Part shown: in pieces, positions 23,391-37,683 of the stretch
How positions within the stretch are numbered: position 1 is the first letter of the stretch
Layout of the letters: every line of letters begins with the position of its first letter
Assembly (NCBI RefSeq): GCF_011386835.1
Contig: NC_088796.1
Span: forward strand, 51,212,001 to 51,276,000
Length of the DNA: 64,000 nt
Reading direction: 5' to 3'
DNA from: Chrysemys picta bellii
Taxonomy: Eukaryota
Position numbers and translations under genes: made by a program
Notes under the pieces: model-generated
Told to the model about the DNA's origin: nothing
Databases searched by the model: none
The model's input: only the letters and a program-made list of their open reading frames with translations

Positions 23391-25452
23391 GTTGACTTCT
23401 GCAGGTGACACAGACAGGTGTCAATTCTGCAGTCTTCTTATATACATACCCTATTGTATCATACATACACATTTATGTACATACATGCATATGTAAATAT
23501 GTCTGTATTTCTATAAATTAAATGGCTACACCTGACTTTTGTTTGTATAATAATCATAATGTATTTATATGTTGAAAAGTCTGTATAAACATTCACTAAG
23601 GCCCAGATTGTGCAACCTGTAGCCTGGGGAAGATCATTGGGCCCACCTCTGTCTCAGTGAAGCCAATGGGAATCTGCATGGGAGCACCCAACACATTACA
23701 GGCATGGGACCTAAGTAATTCATTTTTAAAATATCATATGTGTGCTAAGCCCTTATTCTAAAATTACACCAGGGAGAATTTTACAACTGCATTATAAACA
23801 ACTTCTTTGCAGGATTTTATAATAAAACATCAGATTTGGCCTTTAGTTTTGTAGTAGTACCAGACAGCCTCAGCAGCAGATTTTTTGTTTGTATAGAGTT
23901 GAATGTGGGTTTTTTTTTAAAATCACTTATTAATCTTAAACTATTTTTCTTTTCACTGAATTTTTTGTTTGGCAAATGATTACAGTTTAATAAATTATAG
24001 GAAGAGATAGAATGAATTTTGATACTGGGTACTAGGTTATTTCCTTTACATAATCAGGAGTAATTTAAATAGTAAATGTGTTGAGATTTCTGCAGTTCCT
24101 CATTTAGGCTACGTGTAGTAGCATGCAGTACAAGAAAAGATTCTTTCAGCAAATGTTTAGGAAAATACTTTCCAAAAGATCTGTACAAGATTAGAATAAC
24201 TGAGTGTTCTTCTCACTGGCTTCCTGTTTTGAAATTAAATGTCTTCAGGGTACTTAGAATAACTCATTTTAGAAAAACAAGAACACTTTAACCAATTAAA
24301 TACTTCATCCTTTTAGATATGATTCCAGTTAGTTAAAAAAAGAAAGGAGTACATAAAGTAGTCCCTGAGACCCCTTAATTAACCTAGGAGTGGCTATATT
24401 AATTCCCAAAGCCACAAATTAGCTTTTGAAGGAAGTTATAGGAGACAAAGCATAACCAAACATTTTTAGATCTAGATTCTGGCTTCCTCTGTGTATCATG
24501 ATCAGTGAATCTGGACTCAAAGGGGCCATGTTTCCTTAAGGGATTATTATTAAGGGGACACCAAGGAACCAGGAATGCAGGGACTTAGGCTGGAAACAAC
24601 TCAGCTGTATGGATGGAGTAGTCTACAGGGTTCGGTAAAGTTCCAGTTCAACTTAACCTGCATTCAGCATCTCTCTTTGCAAATGAAATGCTCTGCCTAT
24701 GCCTATACCATTACTAGCCAAAATTTTGCTGATTTTTCTCTGTGGTTTCAATTTCATGAGGTCCTGAACACATCAACTTCCACTAAAGTCAAATGAAATT
24801 GGGAGCACTTAGTATGTCCCAGATTCAACCCTTTGAACATGAGGGTTGTGTGGAAAGGTTAGTGTTACTAGTGGGTCATGGCTAGTGGTGTGTGTTGGCA
24901 GTGATGGGAGAGTGTAGCAGTTGCTGTTACGACTGCATTCTTTCTCCAGTACCTTTAGAGACATTACATTTTTCAAATGCAGAATACTTCCAAGAACTTT
25001 AATACTCTTTGCATTTCCTCTAATGTTGTAGTGGCCTTATAAGCCACATTACAAGTCTTAGTGCTCACTGAACACTCTGAGCAATAGTCAGAGATCACTG
25101 TGAAGAACACCTAAAAAAAAAATTCCCCCCCCACAGATTTTAAGGCTAGACCTTTATGATCATCTAGTCTGACCTCCTGACATAAAACAGGCCATAGAAC
25201 TTCACTCAGTAATTCCAGCATCAAGCCCATGACCTCTTGTTAAATTAGAACATATTTTTAGAGATTTTAATTTTTAAATTCTCCATTTAGTATACCATCT
25301 TCTTAGACACTTGGAAATATTTGTTTCTTACCAAATGCAAATTTTTGTTTCTTGGTTTGTGTTTCTAATTGATCTTGAAATTACAAAAGAAAAATATCTT
25401 TTACTTTGTTGGACAACATCATTGGTAGCAGTGCAGATCCTATATCCTAGAA

Positions 25453-25605
25453 TAGGGGTTCTCAAACTTTTGTACTGGTGACCCCTTTCACATAGCAAGC
25501 CAGTGAGTGCAACCCCCCCCTTATAAATTAAAAACACATTTTGGGGTGGAGGCTGACAGCTCGTGACCCCCTGAGGGGTCCCGACCCCCAGTTTGAGAAC
25601 CCCTG
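25453..25605. mobile_element. hAT-Charlie/MER5-like MITE, same family as 12967-13189, opposite orientation, internally deleted
   Basis: TIRs taggggttctcaaac / gtttgagaacccctg; perfect 8-bp TSD tcctagaa at 25445-25452 and 25606-25613. Confidence 0.93.
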
Positions 25606-27129
25606 TCCTAGAATAAGGTTAATTAATTAATTGCTACTACAGAGCCAGCAGAGGGAGCAGCTAACATATTTAACTAGGTTACAGCTGAAGAGTCAATTGT
25701 ACTTTATTTTAGCTTTTTAATTTTCTCAGATTTCAAGATTTTTAATATTTGATTATTGAAAATTCAGCTGCATCTGACATTTGTGATGTTTTTCATTGTG
25801 AAGTTTTCAGTTTTCTAACTGTTTTTCAATTATTCCTTGGGTTACAAGACTTAAAGAGAGCTTTTGGATAGGTGTATGCTATTAAGATGCACTCATACAC
25901 CGAATAAACTTTCAAGGCCTACCACTGAGCAATTACTTCAACTTGCAAAAGGGTGTCATGTTACTAAGATGAATTCACGTAGTTAATGATTCACAGACTA
26001 TTTTGATTTTGCATGTCTGTGTAAAATATCCATGGCAACACTACTCTATGTAATAATTTTTCCTAGTTGTACCTTTTTCCTGGTATCCCCACTTCTTGTA
26101 TATACTTTCTTGTATCCTTCCTCGGTTATGGTACTGATAGACCACCATAGTTTCAATGTCATTTAATTTAGACAGTGCTATCCACCATTACAGAATGTTC
26201 AGTCACATACTCTTGTTTGACTACTTAACCTGAAAGGGAATTAGGAAGGTTTTTCTTGTCATATGAAAAAAATTCTCCTGAAGAGGGATAATTTTAACTG
26301 ATTCATTGTGACCTGGAAAATTGTTCAAAATCTAAATGCAGTGTTTGCTTGACCTTGAGTCAGTGAAAAGCAAATCCTAATCTTTGGAGCACAGCAAGTT
26401 TCAGGGTGTAATTGTGTTAGGTTGACAAACTAAATATGCATACAGTTTGTTATAACTGAACCTTTCCTAGTCATACATTTTGTCTTTACATGCCTATATA
26501 GATATTCCAGAGATCTGCATTTTTTTCCTGCAACAGTTGACCTAATAGGATAGGAGAGATGTATTTCATAGGATGTTAGTAATGCAATAACTTGTGCAGG
26601 GCCAGCAAAACTTGAACTCTAGTCACAGGACCCAATCTAGTTCCATACAAAATCAATAGGAATATTGCTGTTGACTTCCAGGGGAAATAGCATTAGGGTC
26701 TTAGACGGAAAATAAAGGAGGAATGTTTTTCAGCTATATTTTTATACATATTTAGAAATTTGGGATCTGGAACAGTTGAAATTTTTTTTTTAAGTTTTCC
26801 ATTCACCTTTAAGGACAAAGATAAACTAAATTACATAGGAGATAGTATCAGCTAGTTCAAGTACTGTATTTCTGGTTTTGCTAAGATCATGTGAAAAAAT
26901 CACAGAATGTAGTTTACCAATAAATTGCAGTCTATCAAGGAAGATGGCTATCATATATTGTCCACCCAAAATATTTATTTCTATATTGTGCTTTGCTAAT
27001 TGGGTTTATAGCTTACAAAAGAGCACATATATACGTAGGTTGGAGACACTTGCTATGACTCCATAGTTAAGGTTGAGTTCTGTTTTGCAGTTAAAGCAGG
27101 GATTCAACTAGTTTGTTATGCATGATTAT

Positions 27130-28597
27130 TGTTCTGAAGTCCAGAAGGTGGTGAGGGCAGACCAGTTGAAAGTCTCTGGGAAAAATGGAAAAAAAATAGG
27201 GGTAACATCTTGATATGGGTCCACTATAGACCACCAAATCAGGAAAAGGAGGTGGATGAGGTATTTCCTGAACAAATAACAGAAATATCCTGTTAGTAAT
27301 GGGAGATTTTAACTATCCAGACATCTGTTTAAGAAGTTAAAAGGCGAAACACAAAATGTCCAGTAAGTTCTTGGAATATATTGGGGACAACTTCTCATTT
27401 AAGAGTGTGGGAAAATAACCAGAGGGACAGCCATTTTATATTTGATTCTGTCCAACAAGAAGGAATTAATTGTGAATTTGAAGGATGAAGGCAATTTGGA
27501 TGAAAGTGATCCTGAAATGGATTTCCTTATTTCAAGGAAAGGAAGGACTGAGAGCAACAGAATAAGGACAACAGACTTAAAAAAAAACAAACTCAGACTT
27601 TAACGGACTCAGAGAACTGGTAGGTAAGATCCCAGGGAAAAAAAATCTAAGGACTAAAGGAGTTCAGGAGAGCTGGCAGTTTCAAAGAGACAATATTAAA
27701 GGCACAACTGAAAACTATCCCAAAATGAAGGAAAGATAGGAAGCTCTTTTAATGACCTGAAAATCACAAAGGAATCCTACAAAAATTGGAAACATGGACA
27801 GATTGCTAAGGAGGAGTACAAAAGAATAGTACAGACATGTAGGGACAAAATCAGAAAGGCTAAGGCACAAAATGTGTTACAACTAGCAAGGAAGATAAAA
27901 AAAGAGGAGGTTCTTTAAATACATTAGGAACAAGAGAAAGACAAAGGAAAGTTCAGGTCCTCTACTTAGTGGGGAAGGAGATCTAATAACTGAGGACATC
28001 AAGAAGGCTGAGGTGTTTAATGCCTATTTTGCTTCAGTCTTCAGTAAAAGATTAATGGTGTCCAGATACTCAACACAATTAATATTAACAGCAAGGAGGA
28101 AGGAACCAAGCCAAAATAAGGAAAGAACAGATTAAAGAATACTTTAATAGGTTAGATATATTGAAGTTGGTGGGACCTGATGAAATTGTCCTTAAAGTAT
28201 TTAAGGAACTAGCTGAAGCAATCTCATAACTGCTAACAATTAGCTTTGAGAACTCAGAGGACGAGTGAGGTCCAAGAGGACTGAAGAATGGCAAACATAA
28301 TACCTGTCTTTAAAATAGGGAATGAAGAGGAACCAGAGAATTATAGACCATTCAGCCTAACTTTCATACTTGGAAGAATAATAAAACAAATAATTAAACA
28401 ATTAAGCACTTAGAGAATAATAGGGTTATAAGGAATAACCCCCATGGATTTGCCAAGAACAAATAATGCCAAAGCAACTTAATTTTTTTTAATAACAGGT
28501 TGGACAAATACCTATCAGGGATGATTTAGGTTTACTTTGTCGTGCCTCAGAGTAGGGGTCTGGACTCTTCCAGTCCTACATTTCTATGATTCTGTGA
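27130..28597 (+). mobile_element. Decayed CR1 LINE with a large internal deletion
   Basis: Same endonuclease/tether region as 11120-12430 (ccaccaaatcagg, atgggagattttaactatccagac); jumps at ~28500 to the 3' UTR ending ttccagtcctacatttctatgattct. Confidence 0.88.
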
Positions 28598-29576
28598 AAA
28601 ATACAGTATATCCCCCCTAAACTTAAAGCACTTACCCTTTGAGTAGAGAATGAATTTTCTGAGAATTTATAAGTAAATATTTAGTTTATTAGTTGAAATA
28701 ATTACAATGGAGTCCTTTAAGAAACTGAGCATCTGTGTTGGTCCCTTGTTTGTCCCAAATGATCTAAATAAGAAATTAAGACACACATTTCAAACTTTCC
28801 ATATAGTTAGAATTAATTGAAATCTTGTACATAGGCTATACTTGAATAAATTAGATTAGCTTAATTACAAAGAGTTAATGGTTTTTTTTTCTTCTAATTG
28901 CTGTGATTATATAGGCTACCAACAGGCTCAGATCAACAGCACAGCTAACTTGTAAAGGGGGCCATTGTCACATGAGAGGTAACTCAACCAATCACCACCC
29001 TTCCTCTACAGAGAATTAGCATGCAACAATTTTGTTGATTGTAATGAGTCAATGATATGAAAGATTGTTGGTCTGACTGGTAGTTTGGCTCAACTCTCAC
29101 TGTTCCTTAAAGATTCCAAGGCTGCGTACTAGGTTGGGCATCAATACTTGAAAGGCTTCTCATATCACTGCTGCTTATGCTCCACTGTATGTTGTGGGAG
29201 CACTGACAGAAGAGTGCAGAGGGACTCTTTATAGCACAAAGATATTAGGACTAGGCTCTGCCTGCCTCTCCTCCTCTTAGCATCAATTTCTTTTAAATGT
29301 AGCCTTAACTCTGAATTTCCTGGATTTGTAATTTACATCATCCCTGTGATGCTTTCCCCCCTTAAATTACTGATACATACTCTCAGTCTTAACTCCATCT
29401 TAACATAGCTTTTTGCCTGAGAAGTTAAAGAGGATCTGCATTTTTCTTGCATAAAATGAAAGGAGTCTAAGGGCCAATCCTGTTCCCTCTGATTTCAGTG
29501 TGAATTTTCCCATTTAATTCAGTGGGACCAGAATTGGGTCGCTGCTGAGATTATCAATGCAAGGATAATAATTCTT

Positions 29577-32500
29577 GTTCTTTGAGTGATGGTCCTATAT
29601 GGATTCCAAATATGGGTGCGCATACGTGCCATGTGCTGGGGGCAGAACAGTTCTGTAGCAGAGTCTGTTGACCCGCGCATGCGTGTTGCATCGTCCTTGT
29701 GTGTGCAGCCGAGACTATAAGAGGCCATGCGGGTCAATGCTGCCCCAGTTCCTTCTTACCGCCACATGGCCCAGGTAGGAACTCCTGTTCCTCCCTGTTC
29801 TTAGCCTTGTTAAGAGAGTTAGTTGTCTGTTCTTTCTTGTGTATATAGCTGTAGATAGTAATTTTTTTCTTGTTTTTTGTAGTGTTAGTGTTCTACGTAG
29901 ATAGGCTGGCAGATCTCACCAACAGGGGAAGAAGTCCAAAAGGAAACCTAAGGATTATGTCCTGACAAGTCAGCTTAACCCCCCCCCCAAACCTGTGCTT
30001 CATGTCCACACGCCCTCTCTGTGAGCGACAAACACCAGTGGTACCTTTACTTCCTCGATGAAGCCCATGTTGTTGCCCCTTGCACAATCTGCCATTCCTT
30101 CCTGCTCCGATTCCAGAGCTACACTCAGATCCTTGGGCATTTATACTGCAGCACTAGTACTGCAAGCCCTTCAAGTACCAGTCACCTCAGAGACCGAGAA
30201 TACCATCTTTCTCCCACAGTTGCTGGCCTGAGTATCCACCCGGAAGGCAACTCTGCTATTTGTGGAGGCATCCATTCTCCTCTTCCTCTGTTGTGCACCA
30301 ACCTCCCTGCCAGAAGCAGTAGGTTTAACAAGATGGTTGAGAGCCATGCTAAAACCACCGCAGAGTTGACCTTTGGAAACCAACTCACTCCCTTCCATTT
30401 GGTCTGGGTGGACATTACAGCAAACAAATGGGTCTTGGACATTGCTGCCTCTGGCTGCACCATTTAATTCACTTCACTGTCCCTCTTCAAGGACCCTTCT
30501 CATGGAAACAGAAGTAACCTAATTACTTTGTCTAGGAACCATAGAAGAGTACCACAGGAGTACAGGGTCAGAAGAGGTTTCTAATCCCAATATTTCCTCA
30601 CTCTGAAGAAAGACGTCTTTATCTTTTCCTAGATCTGAGGAGACAAAACAAATACATACATCATCTCAGATTCAGAATAGTGGTGTTTGCCTCTATTATT
30701 CCAGCACTCCAAGATCAGGACTGGTTTGTGGCTCTCAACTGACAGGACATGTACTTCCTGTGGGCATGGTGGATGGTGATATGGAAGTATCTGAGATGCA
30801 CATTGGGGACAAGTCACTGTCAGTACAAAGTACTGCCTTTTGAATTTTCCAAGGCACTGAGTTTTTTTGAAATGCCCCACTGTAGTGGAGGTGCACGTGA
30901 GGAAGAAGGGTATCCATGTCTACCTGGATCTGGCTGACTGGCTGACAGGAGGCAAATCACATCAGGCCTCTGCTTCACCCTGTATTCTCTTGGTTTGGCT
31001 TGCTGGTGAACTACAAGAAACGGTCTCTCAGCCCTTCACAGATGATAAGAGTTCATAACAGGATAGATTCCACCACTGCAAGGGCTTAGTTATCTCAAGA
31101 CAGATCCATCACTCTGGTCATTACTGAATGCAGTGATTTCATACCCAATGTTAATGACCCCCAAATCTTTGCCTAATGCCTTCCTTCTACAGTGAAATCA
31201 GGGCCTTCTTTAAGTCTTCCTACTGATTCCCAGCATGATTGCTAAAGACAGAGGAGATCAGGGGGAGTCAGTCTCACAGCTTCCTATTGGCCAAGAGAGT
31301 TCTGGCTGGTGGACTTGCTGCAGATGTCCATGCAACCATTGATCAACCTCCTAGTCCTGTTGCAAGATCAAGGTCAAGTATTCCATCCAAATCCAAGGTT
31401 GCTGCAGTTGATTGCCTGGATGTTGGCTTGCTATGTTCCATGGAAAGGTTCTGTAAACTGTCCATGAGGAAAACTTGGCTCTTCCTAAATGGAACAGGTT
31501 CTCGATCTGGGTAGCTCAACATGGTCTAGACCCAGTGAAGGCCCTGATACCAAAGATTCTGGACTACTTGCTACACTTAATGCACTCTGGACTCTCATTC
31601 AGTTTGATTAAGATCCATCTGGCAGCAATATTTGCATATTATCCACCAATACTCACTTTTGATCTTCTGTTATCCAAGAGTATCCAAATTTCCACAGGGT
31701 CTTATGCATATTTACCCACTGTTTAGAGACCCTGCATCAGCAGAGGACCTCAACATCATCTTTCACAGACTTATGGGGTCCCCTTTGTGTCCCAATTGGA
31801 TTGCTCCATCTACCATCTTACTCTCAAAATGGTATTTTTGGTCACCCTCACTTCAACCGGAAGAGTCAGCAAGGTCCAGGTAATCATGGCAGACCCTCTG
31901 TATACCTTGTTTCATAGAGATTAAGTGGTACTGCGACCTCATGGAAAATTCCTCCCCAAGGTGATTTTGGAATTCCATTTGAATCAATCAGTTTACCTGC
32001 GTTCTTCCCAAAGCCATATTCTATGCAGGAAAGAAAAAGCTGCACACTTTGGACATATTCAGAGCTCTTCAATACTATATTGATAGGACCAAATCTTTCA
32101 GGCAGTCCCCACATCTATTTGTAGCTGGTCTCTACAAATGTCAAGCCCTTAATCCTAAATACTTTCAAAATGGATGACATGTTTTATCTCACTGTGCTGC
32201 CACTGACTGATATTCCTTTCCCACTGACAGTTAGGGTTCATTGCACCAGAGCTCCAGTAGCATCCTCAGTATGGTGCCAAATGTCAGTGTCCAAAATCTG
32301 CAAGTTTGCTATGGGGAGTAGCCTCTTAAAGTTTGTCAAACATTGTGCACTGGGCTTGGCTGCTAGATCAGATACAAAGTTTGGGAGAGCTGTACTCCAT
32401 ACTCTGTTGAACTGATGCAGTTGATACACCTCATGCCCACCATCCTGAAGAGGATACTACCTGCCAATCTCCTACACTAGGATCCATACTGACACATACT

Positions 32501-32809
32501 TGAAGAAGAAAACAATTGCTTACCCTACAGTAATTATGATTCTTTGATATGTAGTGAGTCTGGATCCACAACTCATCCTCCATCCATTCTTTCAAAGTCC
32601 TCAGCTAACACAGGCTTTAAATTGTGAGGGAACTGTGGGAGGGTCAGGGTCACTCTGCCTTTTATATGAATATGAGGACACAGACAGTGCCCTGATGCAT
32701 GCTGTATTCAAAAAAGATTTTGAGGTTGAACACATGAGGCGCATATGCACCTAGAGTAAGAGCCACACTGACTACAACATCTCAAAGAACCACGGTTACT
32801 GCAGGGTAA
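29577..32809 (+). mobile_element. DIRS1-type tyrosine-recombinase retrotransposon, end-to-end but internally deleted and dead
   Basis: Zn-finger-like gag start (YLYFLDEAHVVAPCTICHSF); RT with YLDD decayed to DLAD (~30918-30944); YR motifs SGLSFSLIKIHLAAI, KFLPKVILEFHLNQ..LP.FFPKP..E.KKLHTLDI.RAL.YYIDRTK.FR.SP.LF, HCTRA and FVKHCA. Inverted termini gttctttgag / ctcaaagaac plus an internal complementary region at ~32481-32565. Confidence 0.9.
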
Positions 32810-34360
32810 TTAACTACTCTTTTTAACTCCCACTTGCTTCCATTTTCAGTAAATTGCTGACATTTCTGAAAAATATTGCATATGTCAGTGTGTATTACCT
32901 GGTTTATATTTGTTTGTTCATGAGAGAAATTCAGTAATATAGAATTTAACACATACTGTTGTGCTGTTTTGTTTTTATTTTAATTAAATAGTCACTGGAA
33001 CTAAATGCAGTTATAACTACAGTGTTTGTTATATATTTGGTTTGTTTTTATGAACCTTGAATAACTGTGCTGAATCTTTATCTCTAGATCTGCAACTTGT
33101 CCTCATATGTTAATAAATCTTTGGATGATGCTTTCATATTGCTGATGATTATCGTGTTTTTTATGTACTATTTATAAAAAAAATTAAAATGACTAACATT
33201 CCAAAATATTAAATACAATATCCTCATTGTATTCCTAAAATGGTAAAGCTCATATATCTAAGGCATTAAGTGGAATTTTGTATATTTTTTAAAGAAAAGT
33301 TTTATTTCAGCTTTTGTAAAACAAACAAAACAAAACAACCCCAACAAATCCTAGACACTTGTAATTCTGCCTCAGTATAACAGTACAAAAAGAATAAAGA
33401 GATTTTGAAAGAAATCTCTACGTTTAGATGTACAGCAAGTTTTCATGGTCTATTGCTTCTTTCACTTGAATAGATTCTGCTTTTCACTTGTGATAATAGT
33501 TTTAGAGCAATCAAAAGACAAATCTAATTTCCAACCATTAGAAATGATTGTTAATGCATGAGAAACTATTATAACTTTATGTATGGCATTCTTTGGGGAT
33601 GGAATGCTTGGATTTTGCCTATTGGTATGCTGTTAATGGGAAAAAAAGTTGCATTCTCTATTTCCCCATTTATCTTTTTCTAGGGAAGTGAATCATTTTT
33701 ATAATGACTAGGTTCTTTAACAGTCTTATAGCAAGAGTACTGACAGGCAATAAAAGGATGTTCCTTTGGGAGCTGAACTATGAAGAATCTATATGACCAC
33801 AGGTATCCATTGGTTGTCTACATTAGTTCACTTTTGAATTGTTTGTGTGGCAACTTAGTAACTTTCCAAGGAAACTGTTGAGTTCAAAAGGGCTCATCCA
33901 TTTCTAACTGTGATCATTCTGGGAATTTAGTAGTTAGTGACAATGCTTAAGAAACTATTTTTAAGGGGAATTTTTTTGCTTGTGTTAAGTAGCAGTTAGG
34001 GGCATGGTAGCATCTTACACATGTTTAACCAGGTCTGCACCAGGCCAACAGATTTGGAAGATATATAAGCTTGATACAGAAATAGAAGTGGTGATCCATA
34101 GCCACCCAAGCACTTTCAGAGAATGGATCTGCTCAATGAATGTAATCCATAAAACCACTATACTCTACTCCTTCAGATCTCTTCATGTCACCAACCTCTG
34201 CCACATAGCTTATAAGAAATCAGTGAATTAATGATAGCTATGTTGGAAAGCATATGGGGATAGTTGACATTTCCTTTATCAATTTCCAATAAAGAACATT
34301 TGCAATGTATGTATGTAAAAATGGATGTATGTGGTAATCACATTTGTACATCAGTCATCT

Positions 34361-34470
34361 TAGATTGTAAGTTCTTCAGGCTGGTGACAATATTTCTGTG
34401 TGTGTTTGTACAGCACCTGGCATAAAGGGAACCCCAAATCTGATTAAGGCCTCTGGGTATTATAATAGAC
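34361..34470 (+). mobile_element. 3' tail of an L2-tailed amniote SINE / L2 fragment
   Basis: ttagattgtaagttcttcagg...gtgtttgtacagcacctggca motif, also seen at 55150-55265. Confidence 0.6.
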
Positions 34471-37400
34471 ATATTTAATAGAGGTTGGAGACAGTGACCT
34501 CATGCAGATGTGCAGTCCTCTGAAGAACCTGGTCCTATCTTCTTCTGTGTGGCTGTCATGGAATTTCTAGAGCTGAAGTCCTGTTACTGTGTGAAAATAA
34601 AAATAACTTACCCTGGGTGTGTGCTGGAAGCCCTGGGAAGTCTTGGTCTTTTTCTCACTGTTCATCATTGTGATGAATAAACTTCAGTTTGATGGTCCAC
34701 TTGTCACTTCTTGAACAACAACTGAAATTCAGAGTTGTGCTCTGCAAACTGCACAGATTATTCAATTTGTCTAACTTTCACGTTATCATCCAGCCTGGGA
34801 AGAACTCCTGATCAGGTGTCAGAAGGCACACTCTCTCCTTATGTCATCTGGTGTGACTTTCAGGCCATAAATGTTTGTTGGGGTTGTGGGGAGGCTGCTG
34901 TCAAGTGGTTGGATTCTTATCTCACTACAGTTGTACACAATGTTACTCCATTGATTTTTTTTTCCAGTTTTACTTTTGATTTACGCCATAGTAAGTGAGG
35001 GGAGAATCAGGCCCAGAAATTCAGTGTCTGTGATGGGTTAGCCTTGAGATTCTGCATAGAGCAGCAAACATACAGAGGGGCAAAACCAAACTGCAAAGTG
35101 ACCTGGGGAGAATAGAACAGATGGGATTGCAGTCAACCAGGGGAGACTTAGTATTAATAAATGTAAAAAACATGCAGGGGGAAGAAATCAAGATCCCTAA
35201 AACAATCTATCCAAGCAACTACACCTTTCACATTAAAGTTTATTTAATCTTATCTGATTAATACTGTTTTAATGTTAGTTGTACAAGTTTGTGGGACCAA
35301 GCACTGTACTTGCCAAAGGGAAACCATGGAGTTGGGAGGCTGGGTGGGGAGCTGCTCCATGAGAGCGTTTCTGTTTCCTTACAGTATACTTGAAAAAACG
35401 AGAACCACAGAGTTGGAGAAACATTAAGAAGCTCAAACATTATTCATTTGTTGTCAGAGTTAGAGCATAAAACAGTAAGATATCAAGAGCAAACACATTC
35501 CGAGCAACTGAAAAAACCTAGCTTACTGGTACATCTTTCCTCTCATGACTAAACTAACAATACCAGTAACTCTGTATGTGTCACCTTTTCCCCTGCTTCC
35601 TCCCAAGTGGCTAACCCACAGCAGGAGGGCATGGAGGTCATGGCACCAGTGGGAGATGACAAACATGGGAATTAGGAGGATAGGCAACAGTAACTTAATC
35701 ACAAGGAGAAATGTGCCTGCTCTTGGTGAAATCACTGCACTTCCTCCCCCTTCTCCTCCCAAAACAGTCCTCATCCTGCATTTCAAAGGGAATTTTGGTG
35801 GGACAAGGATTGCAGGCTCACACTCTTTTTGTGTATGTGGGTGGGAGAGGGGAAGACACAGATTCCTTTTGATCATGTAACTGTTGTCTCCTTCCCAGTT
35901 CATGCTATGAACTTCTGTTCCCTATCCTTCCCATTGAGGCCTATCCTCCCAACATGACCTGCCTTACCCCTCATGGATACAGTTCTTATTAAATACTGTC
36001 AAAAACAAGTTAATTCTTCACCCCCCAGGATCTTTAACTTGTCTTCTGCCTCACAAAGGGATAAAATAGTATCTTTTGTTAGAGAAGAAATGTGTTATTT
36101 TGCCTTCAGAAGGATGTGCAACATTAATTCTTATCTATTGATGTAAATATTTTATCATTTAAAAGGAACGGAACAAATATATTGGGTAGAAGAGAGAGCT
36201 AAAATGTCGAAGACAACTTTTGATCAATTAAAATTAGTAAGAATGCATTTATAAAGGAACCAATATCATTAATTAGGCTGTAGCTGCTTATCTTTTTTAT
36301 TATACATACATTGCTGTGGGTATAGTGCTTTAAAGCATCTGCTCAATAGTCCGTTATGATAGCACAAGAACGCTTTTTCGTGAGAGTAATAAAGTAACAG
36401 ATGCTTCCTGATGACAACTTCCCAATTTGTTTAGGAAACAGTCAGTCAGTCCTGGATTCAGTTTTCCCTTGCAGTGTGGCAGCCATGCAAGCAAATTCTT
36501 ATGGAGAAACAAGAACTGAGAAATCAAGTGGCTGTGTAATTTTTCTAGGAATTATAATTTAGCCAGAAATCCCTATTTAATAACACTTTAATAAAATTAG
36601 CATTTTATCCACTGTGCAGATAAATCTTTTTGCCATAGTGAGTATCTAAACAAAATCCATCAATTCAACAACAGAGCTAGCTCACCCTCTTTATATTTAT
36701 ATTTCCAGGAATATTTTTGGAGCAATGGTACTGTGCATGTTATGACCTATCAATGCTCAAGAGTAAATTATTTATGTTGCGTTGTAGCTGTCATAATACC
36801 GTAGTACATAAAGTACTGTTAACAGCTCAGAGGGTGCAGGACAGTAGTATATATAGCAAGGAAAGGAACACATTAAAATTTTTAAAAACAACCTATAAAT
36901 AGGCTATCACATGGCTTATGGATTTTATTTTTATGTATTAGTTATACCTTCTGTTATTTATGGCTCTGTTAGTGATTATGCAAAAAGCTATGGCCATTTG
37001 TTTAAAACCCCCTCAGACATATCTTCTGTTGGGCCAATGTAATATTCGCTTAGTCTTTGTGGGTTCTGTTCAGTCACAAACAAAGTCTTAAATGCTCCAA
37101 ATATCTTAAAAAGAGACCCAGTTCATTTTATTCTAGAACATGGCTTTAGCAAAGGTTCAACTCACCAGCTAAAGAAACACTCAGTGCATGTAGACTCCAA
37201 AATTTACTTTCCCATGTTAAATTCTATGCATCATTCTTAGAGACTATAAAGTACAGGATTACATGTTGGTACTGTATCTTTTTATGTAACAAGTCCTGCC
37301 ACTGCTGTTTACCCAAATGAAAAGGGATTAGAAATAGCTCTAAGAAGGATTCAAGTGTCCATGCAAGTATATAGACTACAGTAGTGCTTCCACTTGTCAC

Positions 37401-37618
37401 TATATATATAGCATGCAAAGAGATCTGAATGATCAAAAATCATATTTTGAATAACAGAAGCTTCGTATACTAGACCAAATTCCAGTTTGTTACAGGACAG
37501 AGAAGGGAAAATTTTTGTCTTCCAAAGCTTCCTTAAGCTTTGCCTTCTTTTGAATTCCCTGTTTCAGACATAGCCCAAACCATCATTTAAAAGCAAAAAC
37601 CAGGTTAATACAAAATGA

Positions 37619-37683
37619 GAAATGGTCAACCTCCAGCTCCCTAAAACATGAATGAAATGGTCAACCTCCAGTTCCCTAAAACA
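37619..37683. repeat. Tandem duplication, 30-bp unit with 35-bp period
   Basis: gaaatggtcaacctccag(c/t)tccctaaaaca at 37619-37648 and 37654-37683, one mismatch. Confidence 0.9.

Noticed and set aside
35520-36060. Overlapping 111-126 aa ORFs in a moderately GC-rich block, and a similar block at 37690-38130
   Set aside because: No motif recognised in any frame; probably decayed TE, but too uncertain to call.
36333-36406. Stem aagcatctg / cagatgctt enclosing ATGA..AA..TGA, SECIS-like
   Set aside because: The upper helix does not pair, and the site is deep in an intron rather than in a selenoprotein 3' UTR.
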